Assembly: GCF_963921235.1 (NCBI RefSeq)
Contig: NC_086114.1
Location: 21,266,001-21,330,000, forward strand
Length of the DNA stretch: 64,000 nucleotides
Reading direction: 5' to 3'
Source: Mobula hypostoma
Taxonomy: Eukaryota
The notes under the pieces were generated by a model that had not been told where the DNA came from, did no database searches, and saw only the letters and a program-made list of their open reading frames with translations. Below, piece by piece: positions 38,703-49,692 of the stretch (position 1 is the stretch's first letter; each line of letters opens with the position of its first letter). The translations under genes were made by a program, and so were the position numbers.

Positions 38703-39372
38703 CAATAGACAATAGACAATAGGTGCAGGAGTAGGCCATTCGGCCCTTCGAGCCAGCACCGCCATTCACTGTGATCATGGCTGATCATCCACAATCAGTA
38801 TCCAGTTCCTGCCTTATCCTCATAACCTTTGATTCCACTATTTTTAAGAGCTCTATCCATCTCTTTTTTGAAAGCATCCAGAGACTTGGCCTCCACAGCC
38901 TTCTGGGGCAGTGCATTCCATATATCCAACACTCTCTGGGTGAAAAAGTTTTTCCTCAACTCCGTTCTAAATGGCCTACCCCTAATTCTTAAACTGTGGC
39001 CTCTGGTTCTGGACTACGCATCAGCGGGAACATGCTTCCTGCCTGCAGCATGTCCAATCCCTTAATAATCTTATATGCTTCAATAAGATCCCCTCTCAGC
39101 CTTCTAAATTCCAGAGTATACAAGCCCAGTCGCTCCAATCTTTCTACATATGACAGTCCCGCCATCCCGGGAATTAACCTTGTGAACCTACACTGCACTC
39201 CCTCAATAGCAAGAATGTCCTTCCTCAAATTTGGAGACCAAAACTGCACACAGTACTCCAGGTGTGGTCTCACCAGGGCCCTGTACAGCTGCAGAAAGAC
39301 CTCTTTGCTCTTATACTCAATTCCCCTTGTTATGAAGGCCAGCATGCCATTAGCTTTCTTCACTGCCTGCTG
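38703..39372 (-). mobile_element. CR1 LINE 3' fragment
   Basis: KKANGMLAFI, RPHLEYCVQFW; (CTATTGT)n tail. Confidence 0.9.
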
Positions 39373-39747
39373 TGACAATAGACCTGGTTTGCACTAACAT
39401 ACCCGGTGCCTATAAAGTAGTCCCTCGACTCCATGTTGGACTCTTAGATCACTTATCTGTAATGTTAATTCCAGCATTAGGATATATTAAAACAAGAGCT
39501 GTCAAAATGCGAAACAGTTTCTTCCCCCAGGCCATTAGGCTACTGAACTCTCAGCCACATCGTGTTCACTGATTAATCTGTTCCGTACCTTCCAATATTC
39601 AATATGAATGTACTTCAGTTCGTTATTTATGTGTCATTCATCTGTAGATTTTATTCTTACCTTCATAAGTTATCATGTGTTATGTGTACTACTGTGCTTT
39701 ACATTCTGGTTCAAAGAAACATTGTCTTATTTCTATATATATTATAA

Positions 39748-40065
39748 TGTGGCCAAGTGGTTAAGGCATTGGACTAGTGAATTGAAGGTCATGAGTTCGA
39801 GCCCCAGCCGAGGCAGCGTGTTGTGTCCTTGAGCAAGGCACTTAACCACATAGTGCTCTGCGACGACACTGGTGCCAAGCTGTATTGGCCCTTGCCCTTC
39901 CCTTGGACAACATCGATGTCATGGAGAGGGGAGACTTGCAGCATGGGCAACTGCCTGTCTTCCATACAACCTTGCCCAGGCCTGCGCCTTGGAGAGTAAA
40001 GACTTTCCAGGTGCAGATCCATGGTCTTGCAAGACTAACGGATGCCTTATTATTATTATTATTAT
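39748..40065 (+). mobile_element. tRNA-derived CORE-like SINE with RTE-type tail
   Basis: A box TGGCCAAGTGG, B box GTTCGAGCC, GTGTCCTTGAGCAAGGCACTTAACC core, (TTA)n tail. Confidence 0.8.
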
Positions 40066-40440
40066 ATAGTTTCATATGTTATATACATGTATGTAGTAAC
40101 TTCACTTGAACTTGAACGTGCAAGAAAAGCCCACTTTAGAACGTCCAAGACCAGGGCCTAGCCTGAAATTAAAACTGCAATATTCTGCAGATGCAGTAAC
40201 ATAAAGTTCTGAAAGCAATCTATGAGAGGCATAAGAACCAGAGAAAATTAAAATGTATTACCTACATAACAGCCCTCCTCACCCCACATTAATACACACA
40301 GTGTGTAGGTGCATTTACCTCCTCTCCCTCCAGCCCACCATCATACCCTCTCGTTTCAGCCACACATCAGAAACATCTAGATCTGACACTTGCATGGAAG
40401 CAATATTTATCTTCAAAATTTGCCAAAACCTTTGTCTTAC

Positions 40441-40547
40441 CTGGGATAGCAGAGTTGAATCCTTTCCTTCCACAAGGAAGAAGGCTTTCCGAAATTCTAC
40501 AAACCTTCCCTTTAGTAGCATTTCTGCTCCAGCCTTTTCAGTTTGTC
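40441..40547 (-). CDS. NUDT13: NUDT13 coding exon 4
   Basis: GQTEKAGAEMLLKGRFVEFRKAFFLVEGKDSTLLSQ; AAG acceptor, GTAAG donor; phases fit. Confidence 0.9.
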
Positions 40548-41827
40548 CTTAATTTAAAAGCACAAATTGAAACATGGTCTGATTATAAGATATCAGGAGA
40601 ATGCTATTTGGCTCCTTGTTCCTACTCCACCACTCAACAATCATTATAACTTTCCTGCACTAAGCCCATATCCCTTGATTCCAAAATGTGTCAACCTCTG
40701 CCTTGAATATACTCCGTGAACAAGCCTGCACAGCCCTTCCTAGGACATTTCTTCCACTGTCAGTCCTGAATGACTATGCCTCACTTTGAGACTGTGACCC
40801 CTGATACACCAGTCAGCAGAAATCCCATCTGTACATCAGCCCTATCAAATCTCATGAGAATTTTGTACTTTTCAATTAAATCACCGCTCATTTTTTCTAA
40901 ATTCTAGAGTATTTGGCCTCGTCTGCATAATACTTTCTGATAAGACAAAACTGCCATTCCAGAAATAAATATGGTGAACCTTTATTGCACTCCCTCTCTG
41001 ATAATCATATCCTTCTTCCAATAGGAAAACCAGACCAGTGCATGACATTCCTGGTGCAGTCTCATCAGAGACCTATATAATTGCAATTAGTTATATTTAC
41101 CACTATACTTAAATCTTAATGCAATAAATCTTAATACTGTTTGCTTTCCAAACGCTTGCTGTGCCTGCATATTAACTTTCCATGATTCACATACAAAGAC
41201 TCTCTCCACCCCCACACAAATCTGCCAAAAAATGAACAACTATCAATTCCTGAATACAAGAGATTCTGCAGATGCTGGAAATCCAGAGCAACACATATGA
41301 AACACAAGAGGTCAGGGGGCATCTATGGAAATGAATAAACAGTCAACGTTTCAGGCCGAGACCCTTCTTGAGGACTACTCTGCTTTTCTCTTTAAAAAAG
41401 CCAAACGTCAATGATGACTATAATTTTTTCACATTATATTCCATCTACTCATCCTCACCCACTCATTTAGCCTGTACACATTCCCAAACCTCTCTCAATT
41501 CACAACTCAAATAAAATAAGATAGCATTTAGGTTCTTGATTAGTAAGAGCATCAAAGGTTACGGGGAGAAGAAAGAAGAATGGGATTGAGAGGTACAGTA
41601 TAATCAATCAGCCATGATCCAATGGCAGAGCAGACTCAATGGGACAAATGGCCTAATTCTACTCCAACGTCTTACTGTCTTAGAACCTTAAATTGCTACA
41701 GCACCTATAATAACCTAGAAATGAGATCACATCCCACCACAGAATCAAAAAATAATACAACACAAATCCTCTGTCACCTATCAGAAATACCTGATCAGTC
41801 ACATTCCAGCTCTTTCTCCAAAGTACT

Positions 41828-42472
41828 GTCATTTATAGCGAGAGAATTCGAGTACAGGAGCAGGGAGGTACCACTGCAGTTGTACAAGGCCTTGGTGAGA
41901 CCACACCTGGAGTATTGTGTGCAGTTTTGGTTCCCTAATTTGAGGAAAGACATCCTTGCCATAGAGGGAGTACAAAGAAGGTTCACCAGATTGATTCCTG
42001 GGATGGCAGGACTTTCATATGAAGAAAGACTGGATGAACTGGGCTTGTACTCGTTGGAATTTAGAAGATTGAGGGGGGATCTGATTGAAACGTATAAAAT
42101 CCTAAAGGGATTGGACAGGCTAGATGCAGGAAGATTGTTCCCGATGTTGGGGAAGTCCAGAACGAGGGGCCACAGTTTGAGGATAGAGGGGAAGCCTTTT
42201 AGGACCGAGATTAGGAAAAACTTCTTCACACAGAGAGTGGTGAATCTGTGGAATTCTCTGCCACAGGAAACAGTTGAGGCCAGTTCATTGGCTATATTTA
42301 AGAGGGAGTTAGATATGGCCCTTGTGGCTATGGGGGTCAGTGGGTATGGAGGGAAGGCTGGGGCGGGGTTCTGAGTTGGATGATCAGCCATGATCATAAT
42401 AAATGGCGGTGCAGGCTTGAAGGGCCGAATGGCCTACTCCTGCACCTATTTTCTATGTTTCTATGTTTCTAT
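41828..42472 (+). mobile_element. CR1 LINE 3' fragment (young)
   Basis: Open frame RPHLEYCVQFW...FFTQRVVNLWNSLP; (TTTCTATG)n tail. Confidence 0.92.
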
Positions 42473-43229
42473 TGGTTCTAAGCATTTATCCGATTCCTAT
42501 TTGAAAATTATGATTGCATACGCTTCTACTACCTGTTCAAGTAATATGTGTACTTAAATGGAGACACGGCAAGGTTGCAGGCATCTAGAAGAAGACACAA
42601 TTCCAGGTTAACACTATTCCCCAACCATCATCATAAATACAGATGAGCTTTTCTTTATCATTAAGCTGCTATGGGTGCTTGTAGGCTGCCAGGTTTCATG
42701 GAACATTACAGCACAGAAACAGCCCCTTCAGCCCATCTAGCCTGTGCCAAACTATTACTTTGCCTAGTCCTTTTGACCTGCATCTGGACCATGACCTCCA
42801 AACCCCTCCCAACCATGTACTTACATAATCTTCCCTTAAATGCTGAAATCAAACCCGCATCCACCACTTCTGCTAGCAGCTTGTTCCCCCTCATGTTCCC
42901 TTTCGAAATTTCACCTTCCTCCCTTAACCAATGACCTCCAGTTCTAATCTCACCCAATATTGTTTATAACACTGAATACAGAGGGGAGATAACTTATAGG
43001 CTATATCATGCTTTGTAATGTCCTGAGACATTAGATGTAAGAACGCAAATATAAAAAAAGTTTGAAGTAAACAAACTGATTAATACCATCTCATTTCAGG
43101 GAAAGTATATTGTAAAAATTATCATGATTTATACAGGGAAGTCCATAAAATGTATTTCACAAAATAAATGTTTAGATACATTAAACTGTGATTAACAGTC
43201 TAGCAAAGGCATACAAAATATTACTTCTG

Positions 43230-44505
43230 GTAACACACAAACTGCTGGAGGAACTCAGCGGGCCTGGCAGCATCTATGGAAAAATAAACGGGCAACATTT
43301 CAGACCAAAACCTTTAGGCAGGACTGGAGAAAAAAAGCTGAAGATAAGATTTGTAAGGTAGAGGGAGAGGAGAGAGAAATGTCAGACAACAGGTGAAAAT
43401 TGGAGGGGGAGGGATGAAGCAAAGAGCTAGAAAGTTGATAGGTGAAAGAGACAGATGGCCATGGAAGGAAGAAGGGGGTGGGGGGAGGAGCACCAGAGAG
43501 AGGTGATGGGTGGGCAAGGAAATAACATGACAGAGGGACAAGAGGATGGGAAATGGTGAAGTGGGGAGGGGGTGGAGGCATTACTGGAAGTTTGAGAAAT
43601 CGCTGTTCATACCATCAGGGTGGAGGCTACCCAAACAAAATATAAGGTGTTGTTCCTCCAACCTAAGTGTGGCTTTATCCCAACAGTGGAGGGGGCCATG
43701 GATGGACATATAAGAATGCGAGTGGGAAGTGGAATTAAAATGGCTGGCCACTGGGAGATCCCACTTATTTTGGCGGGCAGAGCATAGATGCTCGGTGAAG
43801 CAGTCTCGCAGTCTACATCGGGTCCCACCATATACAAGAGGCCACACCGGGAGCACCCACCACAGTATATGACCCCAACAGACTCTCAGATGAAGTGTCG
43901 CCTCACCTGTTTGGGCCCCTGAATGGTAGTGAGGGAGGAGGTGTAGGGGCAGATGAAGCACTTGTTCCGCTTGCAAGGATAAGTGCCAGGAGGGAGATCA
44001 GCGGGGAGGGACGAATGGATAAGAGAGTCACGTAGGGAGCGACCTCTGCAGAAAGCAAAAAGTGGGGGTGGGGAGAGAAAGATGATTTTGGTTGTGGGAT
44101 CCAGCTGGAGGTGGCAGAAGTTTCAGAGAAATATGTGCTGGACGCGGAGGCTGGTGGGGTGGTAGGTGAGAACAAGAGGAACCCTATCCCTGGTAGCGTG
44201 GCAGGAGGATGGGGTAAGAGCAGATGTATGTGAAATGGAAGAGATGTGGTTGAGGGCAGTGTTGATGGTGGAGGAACGGAAGCTCCTTTCTTTGAAAAAG
44301 AAGGACCTCTCCTTTGGTCTAGAATGAAAAGCTTCATACTGAGAGTAGATGCGGTGGAGACAGAGGAATTGAGAGAAGGGAATGGCGTAATTACAAGTAG
44401 CAGGGTGGGATGAGGTATAATCCAGGTATACAAGTAGCGGGGTGGGACGGGGTATAGTCCAGGTATACAAGTAGCGGGGTGGGACGGGGTATAGTCCAGG
44501 TACTT
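43230..44505 (-). mobile_element. Penelope fragment with a triplicated 37-bp unit at its 5' junction
   Basis: RDRVPLVLTYHP, RLEEQHLIFCLGSL; CAAGTAGC.GGGTGGGA.G.GGTATA.TCCAGGTA(TA) x3 at 44394-44502. Confidence 0.85.
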
Positions 44506-44556
44506 TTGGTAAGATAGTTTCATTAATTTAGATACAGAGCTTAATACCAATCTCAC

Positions 44557-44664
44557 CTAAATCTAGTGCAAACTGTGGCACAAAACTTTCTGTACAACCA
44601 GTTAGAACTGATTCCTCCATCCATTTTTCTGTCTGGCCCAGCTTCTTAAGAATTCCATTCAGCT
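44557..44664 (-). CDS. NUDT13: NUDT13 coding exon 3
   Basis: ELNGILKKLGQTEKWMEESVLTGCTESFVPQFALDLG; CAG and GTGAG splice sites. Confidence 0.93.
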
Positions 44665-45815
44665 CTGGAACAAAAACTTAAAACATCAATTTCTTTTCTA
44701 TGCTCACATAGACAAGTTTTCAGAATTCTGCAATTGCAATTAAATAACATTCTGAAAGCAAATATGACAGGCGTAACAATACAGAAAATTAAAATACGTT
44801 CTTCACCCCACATTAATACATACTGTGAGCAAATGCACTTACAGTACCTCCTCTCCCTTCAGCTACACATCAGAATCGTTTATATCTGACACTTACATGC
44901 AAACAATAAATGTTGCTTTGTCATTAATATTTGCCAAAGCTTTGCATGTTTCCAATAGTGGAAGAGTGTTGATCCAGAGGGCACAGCCTCACAATAGAAG
45001 GATGTCTCCTTAGAATAAAGATGAGGAAAAATTCTTTAGCCAGAATGTGGTAATTTGGTGTAATTCATTGTCACACACAGCTGTGGAGGACAAGGCACTA
45101 AGTATATTTAAAGTGGAGATTAATATGTTCTTGATCTGTAAGGGCATCAAAGGTTACGGAGTTGAGAGGGATAATAAATCAGCCATGACCAAATGGTGCA
45201 GCAGACTCAATGGGCCGATTAGCCTAATTCTGCCCCAATGTCTTCCGGTCTTATGGTCCTATACTGGGACTGGTATGTGGATAAGTCACAGGAAAGTCAC
45301 ATCATCATTGAAAAGCAAACCGGGGTTTTTCTTCTCCTATGTTCCTGTGTTACAAAGTGCAAAGGGTTGTTAGTTAGTGAGTATCCTGTCATAATGGTCA
45401 CTATGACATAAGATGTTCATACAGCACATTACAGTTTACAATAATTTGTGCATGACCTTTTGACTACTCTGCCATTGACCTACACCACCATTGACCTACA
45501 CCACTACTAAATGGACACGAGAACTGTTTGGAAGTACTTCTTTAAAGTAATTACAGTCAATGAAATAAATTGTACATCCACAAAAGAAGACAATATTACA
45601 ATTAGTGTCAGAGTAGGACTTGGAAGGAAGGCTTCCTCTTCAGAACATGATAAAACGATAATTTTTTGAAAAGTTTCGATTTAAAGAGATGTGACTGATT
45701 TCTTACGTTGAACTCATTCTTTCAGAGACCCTGGCTAATCTACTTCCAGTTTCTAAAAAGGTAATAGAAGATTAACAAAGCCCCTAAGTGGCTACTTTTT
45801 CTCCAGTATTTCTAC

Positions 45816-45955
45816 CTGAGGCTGTAACAAATGGTGCTATATACTTGTTCTCAATCCTCTGCAAAAGAGGTGAGAGACCATGAAAGAGCAGGAAAGTTCC
45901 AGAGCTCAGGGCCTTCCGGCAGGCTTCATCATCCTCCTTCAGGTCACATAGGTAG
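45816..45955 (-). CDS. NUDT13: NUDT13 coding exon 2
   Basis: YLCDLKEDDEACRKALSSGTFLLFHGLSPLLQR...; CAG and GTAGA splice sites. Confidence 0.93.
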
Positions 45956-46351
45956 CTGCAATATAATTAAAATAAAAGGAAGATTAGTTTTAGAGAAAGG
46001 TTATTTTTCTTATAAATGTGATCTACATAATTTCCTCCATGTTCAGTGATATGAATTAGAAAATATACAGTCCATCAGATTCTTAATAGACCCCAAAGCT
46101 CTCTGTTGTACTGTATAACAATCATTTTTAGAACACAGAACAGTACAGCACAGTACAGGCCCTTTGGCTCACAATGTTAGCTGGCCTTTTAACATCCTCC
46201 AAGATTAATCCCAACTTCCCCTCCTTCATATCTCTCAATTTTTCTATCATCCATAAGGCTATCTAAGTTTCTTAAATGCCCCTAATGTATCTGCCTCTAC
46301 CACCACCTTGGAAGTGTGTTGCTGTGGGGAAAAAAACTCTGAATTCACCCT

Positions 46352-46978
46352 ATATAGTGCCTATAAAAAGTATCCACCCCCCTTAGAAGTTACCATGTTC
46401 AATTGTTTTACAACATTGAATCACAGTGGATTTAATTTGGCATTTTTGACACTGATCAACAGAAAAGAATCTTCTGTGTGAAAGTGAAAACAGATCTCTA
46501 AAAAGTCATCTAAATTAATTACAAATATAAAACACAAAATAATTGATTGCAAACACGAGGAATTCTGCAGATGCTGGAAATTCAAGCAACACACATCAAA
46601 GTTGCTGGTGAACGCAGCAGGTCAGGCAGCATCTCTAGGAAGAGGTACAGTCGACGTTTCGGGCCGAGACCCTTCGTCAGTAGTCCTGATGAAGGATCTC
46701 GGCCTGAAACGTTGACTGTACCTCTTCCTAGAGATGCTGCCAGGCCTGCTGCGTACACCAGCAACTTTGATGATAATTAATTGCATGTGTTCATCCCCCT
46801 TTAATATGACACAACAAATCATCACTGGCGCAGCAAATTAGTTTTAGAAGCCACATTCACTTTAACATGAAAGAGTCTTTCTCTGTTGATTAATGTCAAA
46901 AACACTCACATTAAATCCACTATGATTCAATGTTGTAAAACATTAAAATATGAAAACTTCCAAAGGGGGGACACTGTA
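46352..46978. mobile_element. Tc1-like non-autonomous element hosting a hairpin insertion
   Basis: Imperfect long TIRs (TATAGTGCC...TTTTACAACATTGAATCACAGTGGATTTAAT / ATTAAATCCACTATGATTCAATGTTGTAAAA...CACTGTA). Confidence 0.7.
46552..46772. mobile_element. Penelope-terminus-derived hairpin mini-element
   Basis: ~86-bp inverted arms (46595-46680 / 46686-46772), each with a hammerhead core; TSD ATAATTGATTGCA / ATAATTAATTGCA. Confidence 0.8.
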
Positions 46979-47041
46979 CTTTCTGCCAATCACATTAACA
47001 TTATGCCTTTTGTATTAACCATTTCTGCCCTGAAAGTTTTC

Positions 47042-47381
47042 TTTTTTTTTAATTTTATTTTTATTTGGATAAGGAATTCACAAATATCATGTACTTTTTT
47101 CACACATATAACCTTTTCCATTTTTTTATATGTATAAAACTATAATTATTTATACATTCTTAAGTACACATTGAGATGATATAAAAGCAAAATAGACACT
47201 TAAATAGATAATTATGTACTGTGGTAATTCTAATCTATTAGGCTAAGTAATGGTATTAGTTGTTAAGAAAAATGGTAATAATAGTTTCCATATAACTCTT
47301 CTGGACCATTTCCACTGGTCCAAAATGTTGTATATAAGCCTATGTAACAACCATTGTAGGTGTTTATATCCTAATTTGTTC
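47042..47381 (-). mobile_element. 5'-truncated poly(A)-tailed retro-insertion (L1/Tx1-like)
   Basis: Perfect 15-bp TSD GCCCTGAAAGTTTTC (47027-47041, 47382-47396); A-rich tail with AATAAA on -; QWLLHRL-like peptide. Confidence 0.75.
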
Positions 47382-47698
47382 GCCCTGAAAGTTTTCATGG
47401 TTTGTATGGTTAAGGCATGACTTATTAGAAGTTTTCAAGATATTAAGGATAACTGGAGACATTATTTAGTTTCTGGAGAATCTAGGAGTAAAAATTTGAA
47501 CCAGGTCTTTTGGAGTTGAATGTAGAGAATGTGCCTATACAGCCAAGGTGACAGATAATCAGAACAATGCTCCCCAAGTAGGGAGGGAGGACATTCTGTG
47601 TTTGTGAAAGGTGCCATAGAAATGAAAATATTCTTTTCTCCTTACTCAAGTAATCAGGAAGATATAAAAGAAGTGACAGATACAGGTTTTTTTTCCAG

Positions 47699-48050
47699 CT
47701 TACATTGAATCGGCTGTGTAATATACTTGTGATAAATATTGTAAACTCAGGAAAATAGTTTAGCAATTTTGTCCTCAACAATTCTTCAAGATAAACAATT
47801 TGCAGTGAAGCAACAGATCAGTCCAATTATATTTCATCTGGCAACAACAGTTAAATTTTTAGAATGATTGCGATTAAATTTGTTTTCTTCAGAAGACTTT
47901 AAATGTCTCGTCTGAAACTGTATGGAAATCAGTAACAATTTATAGTAAGAAGAGATTTTTCCTTCTTTGCTCATGGCAATGTAGGAAGCCAACCGGAACA
48001 ACAGATCTATACTGACTTCCAGGAGAATGATATTCTTGCAATTTATCAGA
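47699..48050 (+). pseudogene. Decayed RGS-like exon (domain C-terminal half)
   Basis: T-tract and CCAG acceptor; YIESAV*YTCDKYCKL, 1-nt shift, then ENSLAILSSTILQDKQFAVKQQISPIIFHLATTVKFLE*LRLNLFSSEDFK (RGS P.IF..A..V..LE....F..S..F/Y). Confidence 0.55.
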
Positions 48051-48051
48051 C

Positions 48052-48395
48052 CATAAGACATAAAATAATCTGGCATTCAGCCCTTTGATCATGCTCTTCC
48101 ATTCTATCATAGCTGATTTATTTTCCCTCTCATTCCCATTCTTCTGTCTTCTCCCCATAACCTTTGACACCCTTAATAATGAAGAACCTATCAACCTCTG
48201 CTTTAAATATACCCAATAACTTAGCCTCCACAATAGTCTATGGCAATGAATCCCACAGATTAACCTCTGGCTAGAGAAATTCCTCTTCATCTCTTTTCTA
48301 AAGAGACATCATTCGAAAACGAGGCTGTGCCCTCTGGTTCTAGACTGTCCCACTATTGGAAACATCCTTTCTACGCCCACTCTATCTAGGCCTTT
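48052..48395 (-). mobile_element. CR1 3' fragment
   Basis: MKRNFSSQR..LWDSLP-like segment and CR1 3' UTR. Confidence 0.75.
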
Positions 48396-48841
48396 CAAAG
48401 TTCTACAAGTTCTTATTCAGTATGTTCTTTTACACATATCCATCAACTTCTCTTTGATTTTTTCGCCATCCACCTACACTAAAGTTAATCTACAGTAGTT
48501 TATTAACCTTCTGGTATGTCTTTGAATTGAGGGAGGAAAACAGAACACTCAGCGGAAATCCATGAGGTCATAGAGACAACACGCAAACTCCACACTTTCA
48601 TGACACAAATTAAAACTTGGCCTGGGAAATAGAGAGAGATTTTCAAGTGTGCAAATGGAAATCCCTTGAAATTGGCAATTATATTCTTGATCCCATAGTT
48701 TTAGCAGTTCTAATTTGATATGGGAATCCATATAAAATATGGGACACCACCCCTGTTCATCACTGACCCCTCTCAAACACGAAGAGGACAAAAGAATAGA
48801 ACACCTAATATAAGTGATTAGACACACAACACAAAACTCAC

Positions 48842-48924
48842 CGGATCCGACTAACATAATTTGAAGCCATTCTGTAGGATAACTGAGAGGCTGGTTTGAT
48901 GAAATTCCTCAAAAAGAGATGCAT
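48842..48924 (-). CDS. NUDT13: NUDT13 first coding exon (whole exon incl. 5'UTR 48842-49001)
   Basis: MHLFLRNFIKPASQLSYRMASNYVSRIR: basic, acid-free, mitochondrial-presequence-like; GTGAGT donor; eight exons total 1011 bp = 336 aa plus stop. Confidence 0.88.
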
Positions 48925-49462
48925 CACTGCTTGTTTTCAAGTCCAGCTTGTAGTATCTAACTAACTGTGTCGACCTCTGGTCACCTCAAGAGCAAGGTAA
49001 TCTGACAGGAAAGAGAAACCAGTTATACCCCAAGTACAACCAAACCTGCACACATTAAATAAGAGAACACAGTAAAGCAGGGTGAGGGAATTACGAGATA
49101 AAATCTCACCCCCCTTTGGTGGCTCAGTTCAGAACAAGAACTCCAAAATGAAGTTAATCACTAAGTTTCCAATGTGCGCACCAACACCCATGTCTTAATG
49201 AAACTATGTTGGTACAAATTTAAAACCAAATAATGAATATAGTTCTGGAATGTAAATTCTGCAAATCCATAAGCAACACTAAAAGAGTATCTTCACCAGA
49301 CAGGCAGAAGTAGTTCAAGCATTTGGCTCATTGCCACAATCTTAAAAGGTAATAAATACAGGTCTTGCCACAAACACCTACATGGTTTAAACGCAAAAAT
49401 AAAACACTTTGGATTTCTTGGATACTTGCTGACATACACTAAGCAAATCAGAACCTTTGAAT

Positions 49463-49692
49463 GCATGGTAGCATAGCGGTTAGCTCAACGCTATCATAGC
49501 GCCAGGGATCTGCATTCAATTCTGCCAATGTCTGTAAGGAGTTCATACCTTTCCCTGTGGCCGCATGGGTCTCCTCCAGATGCTCTGGTTTCCTCTCACA
49601 TTCCAAAGATGTATGGGTTAGTAGGTTAATTGCTCAGTGGGTGTATTGGGGGTAGTGCTGACCTGTTACTGTGCTTTATCGCTAAATAAAAA
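49463..49692 (+). mobile_element. V-SINE (HE1-like)
   Basis: tRNA-like head, V-domain GGTTTCCTCTCACATTCCAAAGA, CR1-like tail ending TAAATAAA. Confidence 0.7.

Noticed and set aside
39748-39815. tRNA gene
   Set aside because: A/B boxes run directly into a SINE core and tail; no complete acceptor stem
47410-47580. Additional pseudo-exon (FGVECRECAY)
   Set aside because: Explained as a decayed CR1 3' end (RHDLLEVFKILR)
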